A DNA stretch of 64,000 bases, from positions 32,001 through 96,000 of the IMG/VR virus record IMGVR_UViG_3300027736_000029. One strand, written 5' to 3'. Shown in pieces: positions 19,070 through 28,501 of this stretch (position 1 is its first letter; each line of letters begins with the position of its first letter). Position numbers and translations under genes: made by a program. This DNA is from a virus. Below the pieces are notes generated by a model. That model was not told where the DNA came from. It made no database searches and was given only the letters and a program-made list of their open reading frames with translations.

Positions 19070-21022
19070 TTATTGAGTTTTTCTGTTGTATGAAATTAAA
19101 TTTTTCATTTTTTGTAAATCCTCGTTGATAATTTTTGTTGCTTTAGCTTCAGTAGATTCTAATGTATTAAGTATCTTAGTTGCCTTGTTGATTGAATTTG
19201 ATTTGTCAGCTCCTTGTTGTTTGGATTTTAAAGACCCTTTTGTTTTACCATTACCTTCAACTTCAATCGTTTCTTGTGGTTGTCTTTTATAAGATGCTTT
19301 CATTTGTTCAGCACCATATAAGTTTTCGTCAAAATTTTTCTTAAATCTATCACCAACTTTCTCACTTCTTTTTGAAACATTTCCTAATGCTTTACCATCT
19401 TTACCCGTAACCGCATTTCCTGTTGTGGAGTCTCCTTTTAATTGTTTACCAATTCTTTCATCTTCTGGTTTAATCTCGTCATAAACAAGATTTGTCATAC
19501 CAGGATAAGAGAACGCTTCAATATATTCTTCAACAGCATCAGATGGTTGGTATTTCATCTCATTATGTTCTTTCTCCATATCGTAATTACTTTGAGGGAA
19601 ATCATCTGGATTCTCATCATATCCCTTACCACCCATGTACATATCCTTCATGTAATCTTTCATTTTCTTAACAACTTCTTTACTATAGTTGTCATTTTCT
19701 TTTTTACTTTCACCTTGAGCCTTTTCAGTCTTCTTTAACCCTTGAGGTTTATTAACACTAAAACTGTTTTTTTCTGCTGTGTCCTTAACAATCTCTTCTT
19801 TTACAATTTTTTCAATCATATCAATTAACTCATTCTCACTTAAAGATAAAGTATTTCTACTTTCATTAAGACCACCTAAAGTCAAAGCCATGTTTACTTG
19901 TTTTAATAACTTAGAATCTGCAGCAGACAATTTCTTATCACCTTTAGCCTTTGTCATTAAATCTTTTTTAATTGCGTTTAATTTGGCTTTAGGTATTTTT
20001 TTACCTTCAGGTATTCCTAAAGCTTTATGTAATCCCCCTTTTGTCATGTTAGCCTTTTGAATAAATTTGTCTTCAGATTCATTCATTTTTTTCTCACCTT
20101 TAACGTGATATGTTTTACCGTCAACCTCAAAAGTATCTTCACCGTCTTCTATTGCCTGAGCTCTTGCTCCTGAAAAAGCATTACCTTCTTCCATTTCTTC
20201 ATCTTTCATGTCTTTTTGGTCTCTGTTAAATCTACTTTGACCAGGTTCAGGTACTTGCCAACCAACTATATCATTAACGTATTCATAACCCGCATCCCAT
20301 AAACTTGGATTTTCTTTTCTGTCTTTTTCACGAGCAACTTCAGGGTCTTCTTTTTTACCAAACATTTTCTTGAAAATGTTTTCCTCAACTTCACTCTTGT
20401 TAGATTTTTTACCTTCAAATTTATGTGTTTCTTCTAATCCTTTAACCATTCTAACTCTAAATGGTTTTCCACCAAATTTTTGTTGATATTGATTAAAGTA
20501 TTTTTCACCATCATTTGGTGCAAACCATCTTTGGTTTTTACCATGTTTTGACATTAATGATGGAAAATCTTCAAATTCTTCCTCATCATAATCAAAATCA
20601 AAATCACCAGTATGTTCTCTATCAGATTGGTCAAACCAACCGTGTTCATCATCAAATGAACCAAACATTTTATTTTTGATAGTATTTTTGATTTTATTGT
20701 CAGCTAAACCTCTACCAACATAAGTGGGTTCATTTTTTGATAATTCTTCAGCTTCTTCAAAATCAGAATCATCACTATAGTAAAATTCTTCAACTTCTTC
20801 TTTATGAGATTTAGCGTCTCTTAATTTTTTGAAGTCAGCAGCAGTAATCTTACCCTTAGGTTCTGCAACATCAATTTTAGATTGTCCACCTTTAAGGTCT
20901 TCATTCATTTCAATTTCTTTCCACTCACCTTTAGTTTCCATTATTTTTCTAACTTTAGAGTCAATTTCTTCACTAAGAATTTTTGAAACTAATTTATCGA
21001 TATCATTTTGAAAGTCTTTCAT
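19070..21022 (-). CDS. Large charged, probably head-internal/scaffold-like protein
   Basis: K/E/D-rich with many (I/L/M/V)xE motifs; TATTTATA upstream. Confidence 0.6.
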   Translation of the reverse strand: MKDFQNDIDKLVSKILSEEIDSKVRKIMETKGEWKEIEMNEDLKGGQSKIDVAEPKGKITAADFKKLRDAKSHKEEVEEFYYSDDSDFEEAEELSKNEPTYVGRGLADNKIKNTIKNKMFGSFDDEHGWFDQSDREHTGDFDFDYDEEEFEDFPSLMSKHGKNQRWFAPNDGEKYFNQYQQKFGGKPFRVRMVKGLEETHKFEGKKSNKSEVEENIFKKMFGKKEDPEVAREKDRKENPSLWDAGYEYVNDIVGWQVPEPGQSRFNRDQKDMKDEEMEEGNAFSGARAQAIEDGEDTFEVDGKTYHVKGEKKMNESEDKFIQKANMTKGGLHKALGIPEGKKIPKAKLNAIKKDLMTKAKGDKKLSAADSKLLKQVNMALTLGGLNESRNTLSLSENELIDMIEKIVKEEIVKDTAEKNSFSVNKPQGLKKTEKAQGESKKENDNYSKEVVKKMKDYMKDMYMGGKGYDENPDDFPQSNYDMEKEHNEMKYQPSDAVEEYIEAFSYPGMTNLVYDEIKPEDERIGKQLKGDSTTGNAVTGKDGKALGNVSKRSEKVGDRFKKNFDENLYGAEQMKASYKRQPQETIEVEGNGKTKGSLKSKQQGADKSNSINKATKILNTLESTEAKATKIINEDLQKMKNLISYNRKTQ

Positions 21023-21045
21023 TTTGTATTTTTATTATAAATATC

Positions 21046-21696
21046 TTATTTTATTCTTTTGTTTAGTTTTTGGTACTCATGTTCCAAAATTGTCTTAACT
21101 ACGTTAGGACTAACACCCATTTTCTTTGCAACATTATTAATCGCATCATTAACAGATTCGTTTTTACTAATCTTTAGATTATTAATGTCTCCTTGATTAC
21201 AGTATGGGAATTTAGTACATTTCTTTTTGATTTTTACAAATCCACCTCCAGGATATTGTGTTTTTCTACTTGGCCCCCAATCTTTCTTACTTGTTGACTT
21301 AGCCCACATTGAAGGTGATTCATATCCACCTACAGAACCTGACGTAGTAGCTTCTTTAGCTTCAACCTTATCAACATCACTTTCTTTCAATCCTGGTGTT
21401 TCAGACCTACTTTTTTCCCAAAACTCATCGTCGTCACCACCACCAAATACGGGTCCCGAATAAGCTCCTGAAGAACCTGAACCTGTAGCTTCTTTAGTTT
21501 CAGATTTATTTTTTTTTACTTTTTTACTTTTATTTAAAAAAGTTTCATATTTGTTTCCATCTTCGTCAACTTCTTCAGTAAACGATGATTTATATTTTAA
21601 TGCATCTCCCATAGTACTTGAGTTTAATTTAACATTTGGTTGAGTTGTATACGCCTTATCTATAGCGGTTTTAAATGTATCTTTAGAGGTTTTCAT
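21046..21696 (-). CDS. Hypothetical late protein
   Basis: Two internal KEAT.S.S.G.Y..P repeats; CxxFPYC motif. Confidence 0.7.
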   Translation of the reverse strand: MKTSKDTFKTAIDKAYTTQPNVKLNSSTMGDALKYKSSFTEEVDEDGNKYETFLNKSKKVKKNKSETKEATGSGSSGAYSGPVFGGGDDDEFWEKSRSETPGLKESDVDKVEAKEATTSGSVGGYESPSMWAKSTSKKDWGPSRKTQYPGGGFVKIKKKCTKFPYCNQGDINNLKISKNESVNDAINNVAKKMGVSPNVVKTILEHEYQKLNKRIK

Positions 21697-21698
21697 AA

Positions 21699-21944
21699 TT
21701 AAGCATTTCTAAGTTTTGGCTCCCAATAACTACGGTTCATCCACATAAATTGGTAGAATTCACGGAACATTTTTAGGGTTATTTCTTTAACTTCACCAGT
21801 AAGTTTCCCTCTTTTAATCTCTTTTGAGATTCTATCCATCAATTTGTCTTCAAATTGTTTAAGGGTACTATTATCCATAAAGCTTCTAATCTCTTTACGA
21901 ATCATAGTTTCAATTTCTTTTTTGTCTGTTGTAGTAAGTGCCAT
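21699..21944 (-). CDS. Hypothetical protein
   Basis: 81-aa ORF coupled to its neighbours. Confidence 0.7.
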   Translation of the reverse strand: MALTTTDKKEIETMIRKEIRSFMDNSTLKQFEDKLMDRISKEIKRGKLTGEVKEITLKMFREFYQFMWMNRSYWEPKLRNA

Positions 21945-22357
21945 TATTTTATAATCAAAAATGTTCCCAATATTAATATGGCAGAGCCTGATAATATTGA
22001 AGTAAATTTATTTTTAACTTTCAACTTCTTTAAATCCCACTCAAGTTGTTTTGTGTGGTTTTCCAAAATTGAATATTTTTCATTTTGAGCCAAAATAATT
22101 GTATTATAATTTTCTTCTTTAACTCTCATTATTGAAATAACACTATCTTTCTTTTCAACTATATTTTCTGTTTTATATAATTGTTGTTCTGTTAGTTTCA
22201 ATTGAGCTTTGGCTGAATCTCCACTCAATAAATCCTTTGTTATCTGTTTCACAATTGGTATTGGGAAACATTTAACAGGTTCTTTATTTGTATCTATTTG
22301 AGAAAAAGCTGTCAAACTCAGACTTAGTATACTCATCAACACGAATAATTTCTTCAT
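21944..22357 (-). CDS. Exported coiled-coil protein, putative spanin partner
   Basis: Signal peptide ending AFS|Q, coiled coil, C-terminal hydrophobic segment; overlaps upstream gene by 74 bp. Confidence 0.5.
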   Translation of the reverse strand: MKKLFVLMSILSLSLTAFSQIDTNKEPVKCFPIPIVKQITKDLLSGDSAKAQLKLTEQQLYKTENIVEKKDSVISIMRVKEENYNTIILAQNEKYSILENHTKQLEWDLKKLKVKNKFTSILSGSAILILGTFLIIK

Positions 22358-22643
22358 GGTATTTCTTTGCTACTTTAGTTTTATCCTTTTTTATTTTGGT
22401 GACATTATCTTCAATCTTATCGATTTCTTTATTGATATCAGTAATCTTGTTTTCTAATTTGTCTTGTTCTTTATACATTTCATTAACTACATTATCTAAT
22501 GAGTCAATTTTCTTACTATCCGCAATAGCCATTGTATTTAATGGTGTTAAAATAAAAATAACCCAATACAACAAAAACAATCCCACTAATACAGAGATAA
22601 TTGTTTTATAGTTTTTAGTAATAAAGTTCTTAATTGTTTCCAT
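22284..22643 (-). CDS. Putative inner-membrane spanin (Rz-like)
   Basis: N-terminal TM plus coiled coil, near the amidase. Confidence 0.5.
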   Translation of the reverse strand: METIKNFITKNYKTIISVLVGLFLLYWVIFILTPLNTMAIADSKKIDSLDNVVNEMYKEQDKLENKITDINKEIDKIEDNVTKIKKDKTKVAKKYHEEIIRVDEYTKSEFDSFFSNRYK

Positions 22644-23248
22644 TATTCAGGTGATTCTTTTGTTTTCTTTCTACTTGCAAGGACTTTACCCCATTTGGAT
22701 TTGAACTTTTGGTAGAACTGTTGTAATTTATTAATCATTTCCAAGAAATCTTCATCAACTTTAACCATATCACCATCGATATAGATTCCACTATCTTCAC
22801 CAATTGTAAATGTAAATTCAATATCTTGGTCAATAATTTTACCTGACCAATCAACATTGTTTTGGTAAACATTTAAAGTATTAAAATCCACCAAATCGGA
22901 AACCTCTTCAACAAACTCATCCATACTTTCTTGGAAAGCAATTTTCTCATCAGTTGTAATATCCAATTCATTTTTATCTTTACCATGTAAGGCTAAGATT
23001 CCACCTGATATTCTATACTTCTGTGTTTTATCTTTTGGAGATTGTTTACTATACTCAGTATCATCACCATCTTCAATATCATCACCAGGTTCTCTATCAC
23101 TAACCGCAGTTTCATAATCTTGGTCTTGGTCAATTCTTTGTTCAATACTCGCAGCAACATTATCTTGAGTATCTTGCTCAAGTAACATTCTTGATTTCTT
23201 TAATAACGACTTAATCTCGTCGTATCTGTTATTGTGTATATTAGTCAT
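22643..23248 (-). CDS. Acidic hypothetical late protein
   Basis: 201-aa ORF coupled to its neighbours. Confidence 0.7.
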   Translation of the reverse strand: MTNIHNNRYDEIKSLLKKSRMLLEQDTQDNVAASIEQRIDQDQDYETAVSDREPGDDIEDGDDTEYSKQSPKDKTQKYRISGGILALHGKDKNELDITTDEKIAFQESMDEFVEEVSDLVDFNTLNVYQNNVDWSGKIIDQDIEFTFTIGEDSGIYIDGDMVKVDEDFLEMINKLQQFYQKFKSKWGKVLASRKKTKESPE

Positions 23249-23837
23249 TGTCTATTAATTTAATAAAGTTTTCAAAATTGAAAGATGGGTTTAGGTCAGT
23301 GTACTTTCCGTCAAAATTGCTCTTTGAGACAATCCCTTCAAAATGTTCAACACCTTCAAATCTGGTGTTATGACCTACACATCTTTTTTTAATCTTGAGT
23401 ATCTCAGTTAAATGTGAACATAATTCAGCGGTAGATTTCACCTGTTCCTCTGAATATGGTTCCCAAAAAAAGAAATCTCTCCATTTTTTTTCGTAAACTT
23501 CTTGATTATAAATACTTCCTTTCCAGTTAATATAATAGTTTGTTAAAGGTTTCTTTTCTAACCATCCAAAATTCTCCAAACATACAATAATGGAGTTTCT
23601 ATTAATATTATCTTCAGTGAAAAAATTGCTGTGACCTTCATCTGGAAGTAGTTGAAGGATTTTACCGTCTTTGGTAATTAAATAATTGGGAATTTTGTCA
23701 TACTTGGAATTGTACCTAAACTTAAGGGAGGTCAAGTATTCCTCAACCTCCCTTGATGTATGACATAAAATTATTTGTTTTTTCTTTTTTTGTTTACCTG
23801 TTGTTTTGAAATTTCCGTATTTTTCAATATTAAGCAT
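23241..23837 (-). CDS. N-acetylmuramoyl-L-alanine amidase (Amidase_2), putative endolysin
   Basis: IILCHT, YLI.KDG.I.QL, NxNSI..CLEN, Y..EQ.., GH and D..P motifs. Confidence 0.75.
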   Translation of the reverse strand: MLNIEKYGNFKTTGKQKKKKQIILCHTSREVEEYLTSLKFRYNSKYDKIPNYLITKDGKILQLLPDEGHSNFFTEDNINRNSIIVCLENFGWLEKKPLTNYYINWKGSIYNQEVYEKKWRDFFFWEPYSEEQVKSTAELCSHLTEILKIKKRCVGHNTRFEGVEHFEGIVSKSNFDGKYTDLNPSFNFENFIKLIDND

Positions 23838-24528
23838 CTCGTTTACTATAACTTAACCTTCTTACTTGGTCTTCATTTATTGGGTCAGAAGTTTTCTCAG
23901 TTAAGTTACCAAATTTTTGTTCGTTAACTCGTCTCAATTCTTCCTCAAGTCTTTGTAAATCTTCTTGAGTTGGAACATACTTTTCTTTTTCAACTTCAGC
24001 TTCTTTCTTTCCTGCTTCGGTACTCAATGCTTCGATATCAATTTCAGGTTCAGGAGCGTCAGTCTTTCCCTCTTCCTCAAACTTAACTAACATGTGCAAA
24101 AAGGACAGAGAAATTATTGGTAACATACCACCAGCAAATAATGCTAAGAATCTTTTGTGTCCAATAGGGTCTCCTGAATCAACACCAAGATAACTAACAA
24201 CTGGGTCAACTAATTCAACCCAATCTTTAAATGCTTTCGCATCAACATTAATATATTGATATGAAAAAAAAATATTACCGATAAATTGAATTAAAGTTAC
24301 AATACCAAATGGGATATAAACTTTCTTACCCATATTTGCTGATATCGCAGCAACTGCAGATAAGGCAGCAATCTCAATACCAATAGATAGGTATACCGCC
24401 CAACTCATTGGGTTTGATAATCCATACCAAGTTGTTACGTGGGATATTGAAACACCAGCAACTGCCAAGATTGGGACCAAGAAGGCAACATAAATTATCT
24501 TCTTAAAATTTTTCTGTATCCAACTCAT
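23830..24528 (-). CDS. Multi-TM membrane protein (holin-like position)
   Basis: About four TM segments plus charged tail, directly upstream of the amidase. Confidence 0.55.
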   Translation of the reverse strand: MSWIQKNFKKIIYVAFLVPILAVAGVSISHVTTWYGLSNPMSWAVYLSIGIEIAALSAVAAISANMGKKVYIPFGIVTLIQFIGNIFFSYQYINVDAKAFKDWVELVDPVVSYLGVDSGDPIGHKRFLALFAGGMLPIISLSFLHMLVKFEEEGKTDAPEPEIDIEALSTEAGKKEAEVEKEKYVPTQEDLQRLEEELRRVNEQKFGNLTEKTSDPINEDQVRRLSYSKRDA

Positions 24529-24529
24529 T

Positions 24530-24811
24530 TTATTTAGATTTTAATTTTTTAATCTCCTGTTCAATTTGAGTTTGTCTTTGAACATCCAATAACTTTCTGT
24601 CAGTTGCTTGAATCATTCTTTTTTCAGACTCCAATCCCATGATTGTTAATTCAACATTCAATTCTTGTTTAGTGTAAGTTGAGTCTTTAATTGCTTCAAC
24701 CTCTTTTCTCATTTTAGCAAGTTCTCTACCATCACCACATCCTTTAAAGAAGGACAATAAAGCAATGACCAATACAATAACCACAAAGTTTTTTTCTATA
24801 AATTTTTTCAT
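24530..24811 (-). CDS. Membrane-anchored, possibly lipidated coiled-coil protein
   Basis: Hydrophobic N-terminus ending FKGC. Confidence 0.6.
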   Translation of the reverse strand: MKKFIEKNFVVIVLVIALLSFFKGCGDGRELAKMRKEVEAIKDSTYTKQELNVELTIMGLESEKRMIQATDRKLLDVQRQTQIEQEIKKLKSK

Positions 24812-24842
24812 ATTTTTTTTGTTTTTTATTTATCCCAATAAT

Positions 24843-24872
24843 AAAAGGGTGTACTAATAAATACACCCTTTT
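24843..24872 (-). terminator. Terminator hairpin with embedded TATTTATT motif
   Basis: aaaagggtgta/tacaccctttt inverted repeat. Confidence 0.75.
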
Positions 24873-24879
24873 TCAACTT

Positions 24880-25677
24880 TTACATATAATCGAACAAACT
24901 TGATGTCTCGTTCCTCAATTTTCGGAGAGCTTTTTCCTTAATTTGTCGAACCCTTTCTTTGGTTAATGAGAAGTCACCACCAATATCTTCCAACGTTCTT
25001 GTGTTACCTGTCAATCCAAAATAATCTTCAATGATTACTCGTTCACGATTGTCCAACACATCCAACATCTCAAGAAGTTTCTTCTTCAAGGTGTCCTCAG
25101 TTGATAAATTGACATCGGCAAGTTCCGCATTTGGGTTATTCAAGATGTCCAACAGGGTATCACCTTCCTCATTCAAAGGATTGTCCAAGTTGATGGTGTA
25201 TGGCAATGTCGCAAACTTTTCAGGTAGAGCAACTCCTGCGGAATCCAACTCCTTCTTAGCTCGATGTAGTTCTTGAACCACATTAACAGGGAGACGGATG
25301 GTTCTTGCATTCTCGTTCAACGATTGCAAGATTGATTGACGAACCCACCACACAGCATAAGAGATGAATCTTAACCCTTTGGTCCAATCAAAGTTTTCGA
25401 TGGCTTTCATAAGACCGTAGTTCCCTTCTGCAATCAAGTCAGATAAGTCCAATCCTTGATTTTGGTATTGTTTACTAACCGTGATGACAAAACGAAGATT
25501 ACCTTCCAACAACTCTTGTTGAATCTGTTCCTTTTCTTGTTCTGTCACATCAGGAGATAACATCCTTTTTGCGAGTTCTCTCTCCCTGTCAGGTGTCATA
25601 ACTCGAATTTTTCGGATGTCCTTAAGATATACCGCAATTTCTTCTTGGTTGATTGGAATTGATGATTTTTCTTTCAT
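24880..25677 (-). CDS. Sigma70-family RNA polymerase sigma factor, Bacteroidota sigmaA-like
   Basis: YLKDI (1.2), NLRFV, DLIAEGN.GL, FISYAVWWVRQSI..IRLP (2.3-2.4), TLEDIG...ERVRQI (4.2). Confidence 0.95.
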   Translation of the reverse strand: MKEKSSIPINQEEIAVYLKDIRKIRVMTPDRERELAKRMLSPDVTEQEKEQIQQELLEGNLRFVITVSKQYQNQGLDLSDLIAEGNYGLMKAIENFDWTKGLRFISYAVWWVRQSILQSLNENARTIRLPVNVVQELHRAKKELDSAGVALPEKFATLPYTINLDNPLNEEGDTLLDILNNPNAELADVNLSTEDTLKKKLLEMLDVLDNRERVIIEDYFGLTGNTRTLEDIGGDFSLTKERVRQIKEKALRKLRNETSSLFDYM

Positions 25678-25678
25678 A

Positions 25679-26191
25679 TTATTTTTGGCTATAGTTGTCT
25701 AATGTTGCTTTTTCGTATGGAGTAAGGGATTCAACTCCGTTATCAACTACCTTGTCCAACAATTGGTCCAATGTTGGTATCTGTAGGTTTTTCTTCACTT
25801 GGTTCATTAATGCTGTCACAATGTCATCTTCATCATCTTCATCATAAGATATGTCAAAATCATTTTTTGTTTCAAATTCAAAGGTAATCGCACCTTCAGT
25901 CTCAGTCTCCAAATCAAATAAATGTTGTTTCATATCGTCCGTCATGAATACTGATACATTATCATTATACTCAGTCAATATGAATGAATCATACATGGGA
26001 TAAGAGGTTAGTTCCACAAACTCATGAATGTCCTCCATTTGGATTTCAGATTCAAAATGGAAAATAATAACACCACTACGGTATTGAAACTTTAAGTGAG
26101 TTGAATCAACCAACGGTTCCAAACAATGAGCAATCTCCTCACACTGTTCTGATTGAAAATTACCAAATACGGTTAACAAGTATTTCTTCAT
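25679..26191 (-). CDS. Acidic hypothetical protein co-transcribed with sigma
   Basis: TATCTTTG upstream; C-terminal LDQLLDK...G..SLT..EK motif. Confidence 0.75.
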   Translation of the reverse strand: MKKYLLTVFGNFQSEQCEEIAHCLEPLVDSTHLKFQYRSGVIIFHFESEIQMEDIHEFVELTSYPMYDSFILTEYNDNVSVFMTDDMKQHLFDLETETEGAITFEFETKNDFDISYDEDDEDDIVTALMNQVKKNLQIPTLDQLLDKVVDNGVESLTPYEKATLDNYSQK

Positions 26192-26224
26192 ATTTTTTTG
26201 TTTGACAAAGATAAGACAATTATT

Positions 26225-26317
26225 CTAAACTCTTTTAGAATATCCAACAATTTGGTAAAAATCTTTTTTACCATCACAATAATCTTTAACCAATTCAAGT
26301 AATATAATAAAAAAGAA
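26225..26317 (-). pseudogene. Possible 3' remnant of a disrupted gene
   Basis: Frame with no ATG, ...LLELVKDYCDGKKDFYQIVGYSKRV*, beside the R-M island terminator. Confidence 0.35.
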
Positions 26318-26328
26318 TTAAACAGTCA

Positions 26329-26360
26329 AAAAAAAATCCCACCTTTTTAGGGGTGGGGTT
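26329..26360 (-). terminator. Intrinsic terminator after the MTase
   Basis: cccacc/ggtggg stem plus long U tract. Confidence 0.75.
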
Positions 26361-26367
26361 AGTTATA

Positions 26368-27792
26368 CTAAAAACCTTCAAGGATAGAATCTTTAGGTAT
26401 TGAAAAATATTGTTTATTTAAACGTTTTTTTCTTTTAATCCACCAATCAGATTTAGAAACATATAGTAAATATTCAAAAACATCGGTAAATGGTTTTTTT
26501 GTCATAGTAGTCCAAAAAGTTTTAAATTCATCTGTTAAATTATTTTCAATATCTTCAATAGGTACTGTCCTTAATGCACCTGGTGATGAATTTCTATTAA
26601 CATCGTATGTGGTATATCCAAAATAATCTGTGGATATTTTTGTTGGGTTACCTGTAAAATAAAATGATTCTCCAGGGTTTGGATTTATTAAATAAACAAA
26701 TCCATATTTTTTTAATGATTCATGTCTAAAATAAAATCTTACTTCTTGTCGATGAGTAATCACTTTATAATTATTTATATCAGAAAATATTTCATTCGAT
26801 TGTAAAAGATTATTTTTAATATCATTAATATAGGTGGTAACGGTATTAATCTTACTTTGATTATTTTTCTTAAGCTCACCCAAATGCGGTAATCCATTGT
26901 AAGATAAAAGTGATATTAAATTATCTTCAGTTACAATCGTATTTTCATTAAAAATAAGTTCCATTCTTTGTTTAAAATTTTCTAAACTTTCATTTTTACA
27001 AGATAAAAATATACTTTCAGTTGGAACTGAACCTAAGTAAGTTTTTTTAAAAATATCATTATATGTGAAAACATCGTCATACCAAATATCACTCAATAAG
27101 ACCTCATCATTGTTATATTTTATAGAATAATCTTGATTATTAGGTTTTTCACAAATGAAATGACATAAAACTAAATCTTGGTCAACATTTTCAAAGAAAT
27201 TCTCAATATCTATAATTGATTTTAAAGTGACTGTTTTTTTAAAAATATCCCTAAATCCTTCAAACACTTTAGTAGGATTTTGAAATATTGTTTTAGGTAG
27301 GATATAATATACATGACTATTTTTTGGTGAAATATCTATAGTATGTAATATAAAAAAAACCGCTTCTTCCTTTATTGCCTTTATTGAATACGTATTTTTT
27401 AATTTTTTAATGACTTTGGTATGGGTTTTGGATGATTCGTTTGGTGTCCTAAAAGGTGGATTACCAAAATAAAAAATAGGATTATTATTTTTAGAGAAAT
27501 CAACATCATAAAAATTTTTAAATGATAATGTTAAATTTTTATCTCTCAACTCATCTATAACCCATTGATATTCCTCATCAATTTCAAAACCATATATATG
27601 ATTAAAATTGTAATTGTTTTTAACGTATCTTAAGATATTACCACTCCCAAAACTCGGTTCAACAAAATCATAATTGCTATAATCAAAATCAGCATTTAAT
27701 CCAAACAACTTTTCTATAGTTTCAATAGGTGTATTATATTGACCTAAAAGTTGTTTTTTATTTGCGGTATTCTTAGATACAGAATTTTTCAT
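26368..27792 (-). CDS. N6-adenine DNA methyltransferase, gamma class (R-M associated)
   Basis: GQYNTP, EPSFGSG and GNPPF in gamma order. Confidence 0.85.
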   Translation of the reverse strand: MKNSVSKNTANKKQLLGQYNTPIETIEKLFGLNADFDYSNYDFVEPSFGSGNILRYVKNNYNFNHIYGFEIDEEYQWVIDELRDKNLTLSFKNFYDVDFSKNNNPIFYFGNPPFRTPNESSKTHTKVIKKLKNTYSIKAIKEEAVFFILHTIDISPKNSHVYYILPKTIFQNPTKVFEGFRDIFKKTVTLKSIIDIENFFENVDQDLVLCHFICEKPNNQDYSIKYNNDEVLLSDIWYDDVFTYNDIFKKTYLGSVPTESIFLSCKNESLENFKQRMELIFNENTIVTEDNLISLLSYNGLPHLGELKKNNQSKINTVTTYINDIKNNLLQSNEIFSDINNYKVITHRQEVRFYFRHESLKKYGFVYLINPNPGESFYFTGNPTKISTDYFGYTTYDVNRNSSPGALRTVPIEDIENNLTDEFKTFWTTMTKKPFTDVFEYLLYVSKSDWWIKRKKRLNKQYFSIPKDSILEGF

Positions 27793-28471
27793 TTATAATT
27801 TTTTCAATATTTTTTTTAGTAAAGATTTCACCTATCGTTTTATCACCTCTATTATAATTATAGAGGTTCTTTCCATCATTATAAATACTTAATAAATAAT
27901 GGTTATTTAATACCTTGTCATTATAATTTAATTGCCCCTCATAATTATTACCTTTATGTTGCCCTGATAAATAAGCCTTTTCAATTTCTCTGTTTTTTAC
28001 TGTCTTAGAAATCATATCTGATGGTAATATGAATATATCCATACCATCTTTAAACAATACTACCGCCAATAAATACTCAAATTCTTTAGGTTTAATCTGT
28101 TGAAAGGTACTGGTTGAAATGTTTCCACCATATTGTTTTGTGTTTTCTTTATACCCTTTCTTAGAATCTTTAATACTAATTGCCCTTTCATAATACGGTC
28201 CGTCACCCTTTACCATCATTCTAATTAATTTAGTTTCAATAGTATGTTTTTCTTCGGCAGTTAGTTGGTCATAGTTTTTACGAGAAACTCTGAACAAATC
28301 TTCAAATATCTCATTAGACAACAGTTGTTCCCCATTTTCACCAGCATTAGTTGATTTTTTAAATATGTCTATGTAAGGAAACCCACTAAATTTTAATATG
28401 TTAGTTTTATGAGTATTTAACTCTTTTATCTTCTCGTCTATTTGTTCAATAGTTAAAAAATTGTTTTCCAT
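27773..28471 (-). CDS. Putative type II restriction endonuclease
   Basis: GE.GE...YD...IETK (PD-(D/E)xK-like) and FQQIK; overlaps the MTase. Confidence 0.55.
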   Translation of the reverse strand: MENNFLTIEQIDEKIKELNTHKTNILKFSGFPYIDIFKKSTNAGENGEQLLSNEIFEDLFRVSRKNYDQLTAEEKHTIETKLIRMMVKGDGPYYERAISIKDSKKGYKENTKQYGGNISTSTFQQIKPKEFEYLLAVVLFKDGMDIFILPSDMISKTVKNREIEKAYLSGQHKGNNYEGQLNYNDKVLNNHYLLSIYNDGKNLYNYNRGDKTIGEIFTKKNIEKIINEKFCI

Positions 28472-28501
28472 ACTACAAAGATAAGGAAAAAATCTCACAT
28501 T

